DNA from: an uncultured Desulfospira sp.
GTDB lineage: Bacteria; Desulfobacterota; Desulfobacteria; Desulfobacterales; Desulfobacteraceae
DNA: 64,000 nt
Direction of reading: 5' to 3'
Assembly (NCBI GenBank): GCA_963663165.1
Contig: OY760175.1
Location: 3,072,001-3,136,000 of the forward strand
Below, piece by piece: positions 38,385 to 48,166 of this stretch. Below the pieces are notes generated by a model, which was given only the letters and a program-made list of their open reading frames with translations, was not told the DNA's origin and searched no databases. A program made the position numbers and the translations under genes. How positions within the stretch are numbered: position 1 is the stretch's first letter; every line of letters begins with the position of its first letter.

Positions 38385-40535
38385 CTAATCTGCCCTGACG
38401 ATTCGTTTTACATCGTTGACCTTTTTCACCTGCTTGATCTGGCTCATAATGGTCCTGAGCTGTTCGGAACTTTCCACCATAATTGTAAAATAAAACAGGC
38501 TGACCCCCTCCTCGCTGGTATGGGTCTTGGCGCTGATAATATTAGACTTGTTTTTGGTGATTACCGAAGCAATGTCGGCCAGAAGCCCGAACCGGTCATC
38601 GGTCTTGATCTTGATACCGGCCGGGTAGGATTCTGAATAATCCTTGCTCCACTGAACCTCTATCTGCCGTTCTTCGCTCATTTTCAGCACGTTAAGGCAG
38701 TTTTTCCGGTGAATGGTCACCCCCTGGCCCTGGGTGATATACCCGATAATGGGATCTCCGGGCAAGGGGTTGCAGCATTTGGAGAATTTGACCAGAACAT
38801 CATTGAGCCCTTTAACAATGATGCCCGTGTCGTTTTTCTTTCGCCGCCGGCCCACAATTTTCCGGAGCAGGCTGGGCTCTTTTTCCTCTTCTTCAAGTCC
38901 GGGGGTCGCCCGGTTTAATACCTGGAGGGCCGTCAGCTTGCCGAACCCCACCTGGACAATGAGCTCATCCTCGCTTTTAAAGCCGTAATGCTCGGCCACC
39001 TCACCGATTTTCCCGGATTTGAGCAGGGCGTTAAAGTTCTGGTTTCTTTTTTTGAAAACCTTTTCACACATTTCCCGGCCCAGGCTGTAAGAGCGTTCCT
39101 TTTCTTTTGCATTGACCCAGGCCCTGATCTTGGTTTTGGCCTTAACGGTCTTGACAAAATTGAGCCAGTCCGGGCTTGGGGAATGATCTTTGGTGGTGAC
39201 GATTTCTATGGTGTCCCCGGTATTGAGTTCATGGGCGAGAGGGACCAGTTTGCCGTTGACCTTGGCGCCGGTACACTGTGCCCCGATCTCGGTATGAATG
39301 GCATAGGCAAAATCCACGGGTGTGGCCCCCTTGGGCATGGTTTTGATGTCCCCCTGGGGCGTGAACACATAAATTTCATCGGGGTAAAGATCAATCCGGA
39401 CGTTTTCAAGAAACTCGTCCGGGTCATTGTAATTTTCCTGGTTTTCCACCAGGTTCCGGATCCAGGCAAACAGCTCGCCGGTGGATTCGTCGATATGGGT
39501 ACCTTCCTTATAGCTCCAGTGGGCGGCAATGCCGGATTCGGCAATCCGGTCCATCTCCTGGGTCCGGATCTGGATTTCCACCCGCCCCCCTTTAGGGCCG
39601 ATCACCGTGGTATGGATGGACTGGTACATGTTGGGCTTGGGGTTGCCGATGTAATCCTTGATCTTGTTGTAGATGGGCTTCCACATGGAATGGACCCCGC
39701 CCATGGCCGCATAGCACTGGGGAACCGTCTCCAGGATGATCCTGAAGGCCACCACATCGTAGATCTCTTCAAACTCAAGGTCCTGGGACATCATTTTCTG
39801 GTAAATGGAATAATGCTGCTTATACCGTCCCTTGATGGTGCAGGGAAGCTCCATTTCTTCCATCTTGTAATGAAGGCTTGCGTTGACCTCTTTGATATAC
39901 TCTTCTTTTTCATCCTTGGCCCGGTTGACCAGGGCGTCAATCCGGTTATATTCTTCTTTCTGGGTATAATAAAAGGCAATATCTTCCAGTTCATGCTTCA
40001 TCCAGAAGATTCCCAACCGGGCGGCGATGGGGGCATAGATATCCAGGGTTTCCTGGGCGATAGCGGCCTTTTTTTCCTCGGTCTTGTGATATTTCAGGGT
40101 CCGCATGTTATGGACCCGGTCAGCGAGTTTAATCAAAACAACCCGGATATCATCGGCCATGGCCAGGATCATTTTTCTTAAGGATTCAGCCTGCTGGGCG
40201 ATCTTGGTGGAGGAAGGCAGGGCAGACAGCTTGGTGACCCCTTCCACAATATGGGCCACCCCGGGGCCGAACATATCGGCAATATCTTCTTTGGTGGCCG
40301 GGGTGTCTTCAATGACATCGTGGAGAAGGGCCGCGGCAATGGATTCAACGTCGAGCTTCATGTCGGCCAGGATATAGGCCACTTCAAGGGGATGGGAAAG
40401 GTAAGGTTCTCCGGAGAGCCTTATCTGTCCTTCGTGGACCCGGGCCGAGTATATGTAAGCCCGGTCAATGATGTCCACATCTGCATCCGGGCTATACTCG
40501 TAAATCTTGTCAAGTATATCGGTTATTCGGATCAT
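38385..40535 (-). CDS. relA: Bifunctional (p)ppGpp synthetase/hydrolase (long RSH)
   Basis: LLHDVIED hydrolase, IKLADRVHNMRTL, YQSIHT, EIQIRT, TGS, CCNPLPGD, ACT domain. Confidence 0.96.
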   Translation of the reverse strand: MIRITDILDKIYEYSPDADVDIIDRAYIYSARVHEGQIRLSGEPYLSHPLEVAYILADMKLDVESIAAALLHDVIEDTPATKEDIADMFGPGVAHIVEGVTKLSALPSSTKIAQQAESLRKMILAMADDIRVVLIKLADRVHNMRTLKYHKTEEKKAAIAQETLDIYAPIAARLGIFWMKHELEDIAFYYTQKEEYNRIDALVNRAKDEKEEYIKEVNASLHYKMEEMELPCTIKGRYKQHYSIYQKMMSQDLEFEEIYDVVAFRIILETVPQCYAAMGGVHSMWKPIYNKIKDYIGNPKPNMYQSIHTTVIGPKGGRVEIQIRTQEMDRIAESGIAAHWSYKEGTHIDESTGELFAWIRNLVENQENYNDPDEFLENVRIDLYPDEIYVFTPQGDIKTMPKGATPVDFAYAIHTEIGAQCTGAKVNGKLVPLAHELNTGDTIEIVTTKDHSPSPDWLNFVKTVKAKTKIRAWVNAKEKERSYSLGREMCEKVFKKRNQNFNALLKSGKIGEVAEHYGFKSEDELIVQVGFGKLTALQVLNRATPGLEEEEKEPSLLRKIVGRRRKKNDTGIIVKGLNDVLVKFSKCCNPLPGDPIIGYITQGQGVTIHRKNCLNVLKMSEERQIEVQWSKDYSESYPAGIKIKTDDRFGLLADIASVITKNKSNIISAKTHTSEEGVSLFYFTIMVESSEQLRTIMSQIKQVKKVNDVKRIVRAD

Positions 40536-40598
40536 TTACATTGATCTTACCTTAATTGCCGCCCAAACACCAATACAAACAAGAGAGATTCCCCACAT

Positions 40599-42110
40599 CT
40601 AGTACGCCTTGGCAAACAAAACCCTTTTCTGACTTTTGCCGCCGCAGCAGATGCATTGGCCCTCTTCTTGAGGATTGTCATAAGGAATGCATCGGATGGT
40701 GACGGAAAGATCCTTTTTGACTTTCTCTTCACAACCGGCATCCCCGCACCAGTGGGCCATGACAAACGCCCCGTTGTCAAATCCCCCGGCTTTTTTGTAT
40801 AAGTCGTAGAATTCTTCGGTGGAGTCAATGGAAAAGGTGTGTTCCTTTTGAAAGGATAAGGCCCGCTGGAAAAGATTGTCCTGAATCTGGTCCAGGATGT
40901 CGGTGATGCCGTCAATGAAGTGGTTCCGGTCCATGGATTCTTTTTCATTGGGGGCGTTGTCCCTTCTGGCCATGAACACGGCATTGTTTTCAATATCCCG
41001 GGGGCCAAGCTCCACCCGGACGGGGATCCCTTTTTTGACCCATTCCCAGCCCCGGGCACCGCCGATGTCCCGGGAATCAATCTCCACGGTGATCTTGCGG
41101 CCGTGAAAATCTTTGGCGGTTAAGGCGTCTCTTAACTGCTCGGCACTGTCCAGTACCGCTGAATTATCCGCGCCTTTTTTGACAATGGGAAGGATCACCA
41201 CATGGGCCGGGGCCACCCGCGGCGGAACCACCAGGCCGTCATCATCTGAATGGACCATGATCATGCCGCCGATCATCCGGGTGGAGGTGCCCCAGGAGGT
41301 GGTCCAGGCATAGGCCTCTTCCCCGTCCTCGTTCTGAAATTTAATATCCGAGCCTTTGGCAAAATTTTGTCCTAAAAAATGGGAGGTTCCGGCCTGGAGG
41401 GCTCGTTTGTCCTGCATCATGGCCTCAATACAGGTGGTATTGTCCGCCCCGGGGAACCGTTCGGACACGGTTTTCTCGCCTTTGATCACGGGCATGGCCA
41501 GCCAGTTTTCAACGAAATCCGCATACAGGTCCAGCATCTGAAGGGTCCGTTCCTCAGCCTCTTCTTTGGTGGCATGGGCCGTATGCCCCTCCTGCCATAA
41601 AAATTCGCTGGTCCGCAGAAACATGCGGGTGCGCATCTCCCATCTCACCACATTGGCCCACTGGTTGAGCAGGATGGGCAGATCCCGGTAAGACGAGGTC
41701 CACCGGGACATGGATTCGCCGATAATGGTTTCAGAGGTAGGGCGGACGATGAGGGGTTCGGCCAGTTCCCCGGCAGGTTTCAAAGCACCGTCAGGGCCCT
41801 GCTCCAGCTTATGGTGGGTGACCACGGCGCATTCCTTGGCAAACCCTTCCACATGCTCGGCCTCTTTTTCAAGATAACTCAAGGGAATAAACAAGGGGAA
41901 ATAAGCGTTTTTAACACCGGTCTCCTTGAACATGGCATCCATCTGACGGGAAATGTTTTCCCAAATCGCAAATCCCCAGGGTTTGATTACCATGCATCCC
42001 CTGACCGGGGAGTTCTCAGACATGTCCGATGCCTTGATCACTTCCTGGTACCACTGGGCATAATCTTCTTCCCGTGTGGGGGATATTGCCGCCTTTGTCT
42101 TCTTAGCCAT
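40599..42110 (-). CDS. proS: Prolyl-tRNA synthetase, archaeal/eukaryote-like type
   Basis: EAEHVEGFAKE, RPTSET, NQWANVVRWE, EFLWQEGH, C-terminal FAKAY. Confidence 0.96.
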   Translation of the reverse strand: MAKKTKAAISPTREEDYAQWYQEVIKASDMSENSPVRGCMVIKPWGFAIWENISRQMDAMFKETGVKNAYFPLFIPLSYLEKEAEHVEGFAKECAVVTHHKLEQGPDGALKPAGELAEPLIVRPTSETIIGESMSRWTSSYRDLPILLNQWANVVRWEMRTRMFLRTSEFLWQEGHTAHATKEEAEERTLQMLDLYADFVENWLAMPVIKGEKTVSERFPGADNTTCIEAMMQDKRALQAGTSHFLGQNFAKGSDIKFQNEDGEEAYAWTTSWGTSTRMIGGMIMVHSDDDGLVVPPRVAPAHVVILPIVKKGADNSAVLDSAEQLRDALTAKDFHGRKITVEIDSRDIGGARGWEWVKKGIPVRVELGPRDIENNAVFMARRDNAPNEKESMDRNHFIDGITDILDQIQDNLFQRALSFQKEHTFSIDSTEEFYDLYKKAGGFDNGAFVMAHWCGDAGCEEKVKKDLSVTIRCIPYDNPQEEGQCICCGGKSQKRVLFAKAY

Positions 42111-43182
42111 TCATTTCCTCCGAATCCATCTTATCGATCTCATTCAACAACTCTTCCACGAGCCGGTCCTGGTCTACCTTTTTAATTACTTTTCCCTTCT
42201 TAAACAGGATGCCCTTGCCGATGCCGCCCGCAATGCCGATATCCGCTTCTTTGGCCTCTCCAGGTCCGTTCACCACACACCCCATGATAGCGACTTTAAT
42301 CTTATGGGAGCGTTCAAGTAAAGCTTTTTCTGCATCCTGGGCAATTTTAAATAAATCGATCCGGCACCGGCCGCAGGTGGGACAGGAAATCAGCTCAGGC
42401 CCCCGGCTGCGAAGCCCTAACGCCCGCAATATTTCGTACCCGGTCCTGATTTCCTCCACCGGGTCCCGGGTTAAGGAAACCCTTATGGTATCGCCGATGC
42501 CTTTGGCCAGAATCATGCCGATCCCCAGGGCTGACTTGGTGATGCCGGCAAACAGGCCACCGGCCTCGGTCACGCCCACATGAAAGGGGACATCGGTCTG
42601 GGGGGCCAGCATTTCATAGGCCTTTACCGTCCGCTCCACATCCGACGCCTTAAGGGAGACCTTGATGTCGTAAAATCCCAGGTCTTCAAGTTTCCGGATA
42701 TTGGAAAGGGCGCTTTGCACCATGCCTTCAGGTGTGGGGCCGTATTTTTTTTCGATTTCCTTTTCAAGAGAGCCGCCGTTTACCCCTACCCGGATGGGCA
42801 GCCCGTGGTGCTTGGCGCAGTCCACCACTTTTTTGATTTTGTTTTCATCCCCGATATTGCCCGGATTGATCCGCAAGCCGTCGGCCCCGGCCTCAGCCGA
42901 TGCAATGGCCAGCCGGTGATCAAAATGGATGTCGGCAATCAAGGGGATATCAATCCGGTCCCGGATCCGCCGGATGGCTCTGGCATCCTCCATTTCCGGC
43001 ACCGCCACCCGGATAATATCGCACCCGGCCCGGACAAGGCCCTGAATCTGGGCCACTGTGGCGTCCACATCCCGGGTATAGGTGTTGGTCATGGACTGGA
43101 CCGAAATCACGGCATCGGATCCCACGGCCACGTTCCCCACCTTGATCTGCCGGGTTTTTCTTCTTTTTTCTACCAGTGACAT
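42103..43182 (-). CDS. ispG: HMBPP synthase
   Basis: VQSMTNT, IADIHFD, RINPGNIG, SCPTCGR, MGCVVNGPGE. Confidence 0.97.
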   Translation of the reverse strand: MSLVEKRRKTRQIKVGNVAVGSDAVISVQSMTNTYTRDVDATVAQIQGLVRAGCDIIRVAVPEMEDARAIRRIRDRIDIPLIADIHFDHRLAIASAEAGADGLRINPGNIGDENKIKKVVDCAKHHGLPIRVGVNGGSLEKEIEKKYGPTPEGMVQSALSNIRKLEDLGFYDIKVSLKASDVERTVKAYEMLAPQTDVPFHVGVTEAGGLFAGITKSALGIGMILAKGIGDTIRVSLTRDPVEEIRTGYEILRALGLRSRGPELISCPTCGRCRIDLFKIAQDAEKALLERSHKIKVAIMGCVVNGPGEAKEADIGIAGGIGKGILFKKGKVIKKVDQDRLVEELLNEIDKMDSEEMNG

Positions 43183-43201
43183 TGAGTAGACCTCGTGTTT
43201 A

Positions 43202-43352
43202 TAAGCTGTTAGCCTTTAGCTATTAGCTGTTAGGCCTTTAGAAAATGGTTGTAAGTCCTTATGGCTAAAAGCTAATGGCTTATAGCTAAAAACTTCTTTT
43301 TAGCTGTTAGCCCGCTGCCATCAGCTAAAAGCTAACTGCTAATGGCTAACGG
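43202..43352. repeat. Two inverted clusters of TTAGCnn/nnGCTAA heptamers; the last overlaps the cbiR 3' end
   Basis: taagctgttagcctttagctattagctg ... ggctaaaagctaatggct ... ttagctgttagc ... cagctaaaagctaactgctaatggctaacggct. Confidence 0.8.
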
Positions 43353-44153
43353 CTTACTTATGTGGTTAAAAACCGATGCCAGGGTTTCCAAGGACCGGTT
43401 CAGGTTGTCAAGGTTAAAGACCTCAAGGCAGACGGTTCCGTTAAACCGGGACAGCAGCTGCGTCACTTGTGAAAAGTTCCGGCCAGGGAGCCGGTCCAGG
43501 CCGATGTGGTCTTGGGGGGGGACTTTGGTAACATCCACCCCGTGAAGATGGATCAAAGGAATCCGATCCCGGTATGTGCCCACAAAAGGGTTCAGGTCAA
43601 ATCCGTATTTGAAAAAATGGCCCATATCCAGGGTAATCCCGAGTTCAGGGTAAGCCGATAAAACCGGTGCCAGCAGCATGGGATCATAATTTAATGTTTC
43701 AAGGGCCAGTCCTTTGAGGTTCTTTTGCTGCTGTGCCAGAAGGGCCATGCCGTCTAAAGCCCTTTGGGTCCAGGGGGCGGTGTCTTCGTTGGCCTGTTTT
43801 TCCAGGTGAAGGGTGTATGCCGTGGGGTTCAGGATGGCAAACCGGTCCATGACCCGGGATAACAGGTCTGCGGCTTTTTGCTGCTCTGATTTGTTTTCAT
43901 GGGTCAGGCGGATATCCACAGGCAGGTGGATATTATAGGTTAAATTCAGTTTCTTTCCAAGCTCCGCCATCCGGGATACATCTTCTGCTGAAGGGACCCA
44001 TTCCCACGGCTGGCACTCAAATACCAGCAGCTCAATCTCGTCAAAAACCGGGCCGGTCAGTTCAAGATTGGGGAGAATATGATCCGGAACAATAAACGAA
44101 GTGGTTCCCAGCCGGAAGGGTCGGTCCACCTTCATGGTGTTGGTTAAAGCCAT
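43332..44153 (-). CDS. cbiR: Cobamide remodelling phosphodiesterase (AP endonuclease 2 fold)
   Basis: FRLGTTSFI, EIELL, IHLP, LETL, LDMGH, IHLHG, QDH, LEVF metal motifs; adjacent to cbiB, cobD and cobS. Confidence 0.8.
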   Translation of the reverse strand: MALTNTMKVDRPFRLGTTSFIVPDHILPNLELTGPVFDEIELLVFECQPWEWVPSAEDVSRMAELGKKLNLTYNIHLPVDIRLTHENKSEQQKAADLLSRVMDRFAILNPTAYTLHLEKQANEDTAPWTQRALDGMALLAQQQKNLKGLALETLNYDPMLLAPVLSAYPELGITLDMGHFFKYGFDLNPFVGTYRDRIPLIHLHGVDVTKVPPQDHIGLDRLPGRNFSQVTQLLSRFNGTVCLEVFNLDNLNRSLETLASVFNHISKPLAISS

Positions 44154-45131
44154 TTATGACATAGTTCCCGTTAACAGTATCACGGCCCCGGCCATCACCA
44201 CCGCCACCAGGGCCGACATGACCATCAGCTCACACCCCTGGCCGATCTTTGATTCATCCGGGTCCGGGAACCTTGCGCCGATAAACGGCTTTTCCACCAG
44301 ACGGCCGTGGTAGGTATTGGGGCCGCCCATTCTCATGCCCAGTGCCCCGGCAAAGGCGGCTTCGGGAAATCCGGCATTGGGGCTCTTATGATTCCCCGAT
44401 TCAGCCCACGCGGTTTTAAAGGCATCCGCCCCCCTTTTCGGGGACAGCAGGAGGGCCGCTAAAGCGATCACCCCCATGGACAGCCTTGCCGGAATAAAAT
44501 TGGCCGCATCGTCGATTCTGGCCGAAGCCCGGCCAAACAGGATATAGCGATCATTTTGATACCCCACCATGGAATCCAGGGTATTGACCATCTTATAGGC
44601 CAGGGCCCCGGGCACCCCCAGCAGCACATAAAAAAACAAGGGGGATAAAAACCCGTCCACAAAATTTTCGGCCACGGTTTCACAGGCGGCCCGGGTCACA
44701 CCGGGGATGTCCAGATTTTGGGTTTCCCGGCCTACGATCATGGCCACCTTTTGCCGGGCCGTTTGAAGATCTTTGGCCATCAGGGGCCGGGCCACTTCCA
44801 TGGCCGCCTGAACCAGGCTTTTCACTGAAAAACAATAAAACAGCAAAATCGCCTGAACCCCGAAAGACAGGGCCCAATGAAGCTTAAAGCACAGATTGAC
44901 CAGAATCTGTGAAACCGCCCAGGTAGAGGCAATCAAAACAACAGCAAAGACCAGCCCGGCCTGAAAGGGGTTGCCAATGGCGGTCCTGAAGGGTTTTTCA
45001 AAAAAGGAAATGGCCTTTCCCATCCAAACCACGGGATGGGGCAGCCACCGGGGATCTCCCAGCAGCAGATCCAGGGCAACAGCTGAAAAAAGAACCCCCG
45101 GAGGGATCAGTCCGCCTTGCAGATCAACCAT
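44154..45131 (-). CDS. cbiB: Adenosylcobinamide-phosphate synthase
   Basis: GDPRWLPHPV, IVGRET, ETVAEN, YKMVNTLDSMVGY, SPNAGFPEAA. Confidence 0.95.
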   Translation of the reverse strand: MVDLQGGLIPPGVLFSAVALDLLLGDPRWLPHPVVWMGKAISFFEKPFRTAIGNPFQAGLVFAVVLIASTWAVSQILVNLCFKLHWALSFGVQAILLFYCFSVKSLVQAAMEVARPLMAKDLQTARQKVAMIVGRETQNLDIPGVTRAACETVAENFVDGFLSPLFFYVLLGVPGALAYKMVNTLDSMVGYQNDRYILFGRASARIDDAANFIPARLSMGVIALAALLLSPKRGADAFKTAWAESGNHKSPNAGFPEAAFAGALGMRMGGPNTYHGRLVEKPFIGARFPDPDESKIGQGCELMVMSALVAVVMAGAVILLTGTMS

Positions 45132-46206
45132 GGTTCAGCACCCCTTTGATGGTCCGGGCAAGCGTTAGATTCTCCTTGCGGGTTTTTAAAGAAAACCTCA
45201 CAAAATTGGGCCCAAGGCCTTTAAAATTGGAGCAGTCCCGGATGAGTATTTTGTCCTGGCCCACATCTTTACAAAAGTCCTTTGCCGTAATCCCGTCAAG
45301 CCCGGCCAGGATAAAATAGGTAACGCCGGGAACCATATGAAGACCATGGCATTCTTTTAATTCATCCTTGAACACCCGGGTTTCCTCAAGAACAAAGACC
45401 CGGGTGGCATCATAAAAAGAGCGGATAAACCCGGGGTCCTGATACACCTTTGAAATAACCGCCTGGGCCAGGGAATTAACACTCCAGGGCTGGTAATGGT
45501 GAAACACCTTTTCCATCAGACTTTCAGCACCGCTTAAAAAACCGCTTCTCAGCCCCGGGATCCTGAAAATTTTGGACATGGAAGAGAGCACCAGCAGGTT
45601 GGGAAAGCCGGTCTCAGATACCAGAGAAATCTCTTCGGCCCCCGGGACAAAGGGAAGATAGGACTCATCCACCAGAAAACAGACTTCAGAGTGTTTTTTA
45701 ACCAGATATTCAATTTGATCCCTTGATACCAGGGCCCCGGTGGGGTTGTTGGGGTTGCAGATCACCACCAGGTCTGCCCCATGGGCCAGGCTTGAAATTT
45801 CATCCACATCCGGGGAAAAGCCCTTTTCTTCTATCGCCGTGACCTGCCGGGATTCAACCTGATGCATATCACAGGCATCGTTATAATCCGAGTAGGTGGG
45901 GCCTGAGATCAATACTTTTTTGCAGTTTAAGGCTTTGGGAAGGGCATAGATAAACCAGGTGGTTCCGTTTCCGGCCAGGACCTGCCCAACATCAAGCCCG
46001 TAGAAATCGGCAAATCCCTTTCTCATGGTCAAGGCATCGGCTTCCGGCAGCGCATGAAGGCTGGAAAGGTTTTCCTGAATCAAGTTTAAGATTTCAGGGG
46101 GAGGCCCCAAAGGGTTAAGGTTGGAACTCATATCAATGATTTCTTCAACCGGGCACCCTATACGGTCTGCCAATTCCTGTTTATTTCCCCCGTGGCCTAT
46201 GATCAT
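45124..46206 (-). CDS. cobD: L-threonine-O-3-phosphate decarboxylase
   Basis: HGGN, DMSSNLNPLG, CNPNNPTG, VDESY, SMSKIFRIPGLRSG; cob gene context. Confidence 0.9.
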   Translation of the reverse strand: MIIGHGGNKQELADRIGCPVEEIIDMSSNLNPLGPPPEILNLIQENLSSLHALPEADALTMRKGFADFYGLDVGQVLAGNGTTWFIYALPKALNCKKVLISGPTYSDYNDACDMHQVESRQVTAIEEKGFSPDVDEISSLAHGADLVVICNPNNPTGALVSRDQIEYLVKKHSEVCFLVDESYLPFVPGAEEISLVSETGFPNLLVLSSMSKIFRIPGLRSGFLSGAESLMEKVFHHYQPWSVNSLAQAVISKVYQDPGFIRSFYDATRVFVLEETRVFKDELKECHGLHMVPGVTYFILAGLDGITAKDFCKDVGQDKILIRDCSNFKGLGPNFVRFSLKTRKENLTLARTIKGVLNHG

Positions 46207-46223
46207 TTTCTATTCCTTGCGTG

Positions 46224-46305
46224 AGCTATTAGCTGTTAGCCGTTAGCTTTTAGCTGGTAGCCGTTAGCTGTTAGCTTTTAGCCTTTAGCTGTTAGCTTTT
46301 GGCCT
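46224..46305. repeat. About 11 tandem TTAGCnn heptamers
   Basis: agctattagctgttagccgttagcttttagctggtagccgttagctgttagcttttagcctttagctgttagc. Confidence 0.88.
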
Positions 46306-46307
46306 AT

Positions 46308-47063
46308 TTAAAACTGTGTTCCGGCTGCCAGAAACAGCACCGCTTCCATTATCTCATTCATGGCCCCGAGCATATCCCCGGTAATGCAGCCCATCTTTTT
46401 TTGGTAAAACTTCAAGATCACCACCAGGGCCGCCAAAAAAGCCAGGTTTAAAACCAGGCACTTATAGCCTAAAAAAAGGGAAAAAAACAAGGGAATCAGG
46501 CCGTATATGAAATCTTTAACCCCAATGGGCCGTGAAAACAGGTCCAGACCGGTTCCGGTTCCCTTTCGGCCATAATCCAGAAACCGGATCCCAAAAATCA
46601 TGGATGCCCGGGCATAGGCCGGAACGATGAACAACAGGATCATGGTCTGCCCCGGGGAAAGAACCGCTTTTGCCGAATAGATCCCGGCCACCTTCATGGC
46701 CAGAACACTGACCACCACCACCAGCCCCATCATGCCCACCCGGCTGTCCTTCATGATTTCAAGGACCCGCTCCTTTGGCCGGTGGCTGAACATGCCGTCC
46801 GCCGTATCCCCCAAGCCGTCCAGGTGAAAGGCCCCGGTCACGGCCATCAGGAAAACCACGTCCAGCAGGCTTGCCGTAACCGGGTTCCACAGCCCGGATA
46901 CCAGCCCGTCAGTACAGACCAGCGCGGCCCCGATGATCAGCCCCACCACCGGAAAGAACCGGATCATCTCCATGGGGGCCCAGGGCGCATTTTTCCCGGC
47001 CGGAATAATAGTAATAAACATGAGGGCGGATCTTAGTCCGTTTAATGCGTTTGAGAGTGTCAT
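46308..47063 (-). CDS. cobS: Cobamide synthase (adenosylcobinamide-GDP ribazoletransferase)
   Basis: TGAFHLDGLGDTADG, IMKDSRVG, GCITGDMLGA. Confidence 0.95.
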   Translation of the reverse strand: MTLSNALNGLRSALMFITIIPAGKNAPWAPMEMIRFFPVVGLIIGAALVCTDGLVSGLWNPVTASLLDVVFLMAVTGAFHLDGLGDTADGMFSHRPKERVLEIMKDSRVGMMGLVVVVSVLAMKVAGIYSAKAVLSPGQTMILLFIVPAYARASMIFGIRFLDYGRKGTGTGLDLFSRPIGVKDFIYGLIPLFFSLFLGYKCLVLNLAFLAALVVILKFYQKKMGCITGDMLGAMNEIMEAVLFLAAGTQF

Positions 47064-48004
47064 GGTTTTATGGTCTGGTAAAACATACCCCTCTCCTGAA
47101 TAACGGATTCAACCTTACCCGCCAGGATCAGCTGTTTCATCAAGATTTCAAGTTTTCCTTTATCAAGGTTTAATGCCGCGGCCAGATCATCCACGGTGCA
47201 GGGGCGCCGGTGAATGGTCTCCAGGACCATGGCCGCCATTTGATCATCACTGATGCTCTCCTTGGACGTCAGGTCCTTTACCCGGGCAATGATCTCCACA
47301 TGGTCCGCATCAATGATCCCGGCCACCCGGTCCAGGTCCTGCTTTGAAGCGGCTTTGAGCCCAACCACCGCCCCGGGCCGGTCCAGGGTGTTGAGCTGAA
47401 CCCGGTCAGGGTTAATGTCCCGGATGATCTTGCCCAGTGTTTCCAGCTCTTCTTTGGTATCATTGATCCCGGGAAGGATAAACACCTCCAGCCAGATTTT
47501 CCCTTTAAACGATCCGGCAAAGGCCTTGAGCCCGTCAATAATCTTTTGAATATCCAGCGGATCTGACGGCCGGTTGATCTTTTCAAAGGTCGCGGGGGTG
47601 ACCGCATCCAGGGAGGGCATCACCAGATCCGCCCTTTCCAGATCCTTTCTGACTTCGGGATCGGACATCAGGGTGGCATTGGTCAGCACCGCCACCCGGA
47701 TATCGGGCCGTTTTTCTTTGATAAATTCAATAATCCGGCCGATATCCGGGCTTAACGTGGGCTCTCCCGATCCTGAAAAGGTCACATAGTCCGGATCGGA
47801 ATGATTTTCAAAGTAATGGTCCAGCTCGGCTTTAACCTCTTCGAAAGGGACATAGGCCTTGCGCTCAAGGGTCAGATCCGTGGTCGGGCCGCACTCACAG
47901 TAAACACAGTCCAGGGTGCAGACCTTGTGATAGACCAGATCCACGCCTAAAGAGAGCCCAAGCCGCCGTGAAGGGACCGGGCCGAATATATGGTTGTATG
48001 TCAT
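47060..48004 (-). CDS. Radical SAM protein of unknown function
   Basis: FGPVPSRRLGLSLG, CTLDCVYC, TFSGSGEPTL, C-terminal RRPCT helix-turn-helix-like tail; ATGA overlap with cobS. Confidence 0.92.
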   Translation of the reverse strand: MTYNHIFGPVPSRRLGLSLGVDLVYHKVCTLDCVYCECGPTTDLTLERKAYVPFEEVKAELDHYFENHSDPDYVTFSGSGEPTLSPDIGRIIEFIKEKRPDIRVAVLTNATLMSDPEVRKDLERADLVMPSLDAVTPATFEKINRPSDPLDIQKIIDGLKAFAGSFKGKIWLEVFILPGINDTKEELETLGKIIRDINPDRVQLNTLDRPGAVVGLKAASKQDLDRVAGIIDADHVEIIARVKDLTSKESISDDQMAAMVLETIHRRPCTVDDLAAALNLDKGKLEILMKQLILAGKVESVIQERGMFYQTIKP

Positions 48005-48166
48005 AGGGGGTCCTTTATTGGTTCGTTCTTATCTGCGGCTTTTTTAATATCACAGCGGGCCAAAGAAAACCATGGGATGTTGGCCTGATCCCGCCATCCC
48101 CCTGCCCACGGGGGAAGGATAAAACCGCTTCTCAGGGCATGATGGCCGAACAGCCCGTCATGGATA

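Noticed and set aside
38988..40181. 397-aa plus-strand ORF and similar long antisense ORFs (6541-7263, 16400-17041, 23539-24246, 42580-43179)
   Set aside because: Shadow frames fully overlapping well-supported genes on the opposite strand, as expected from codon bias.
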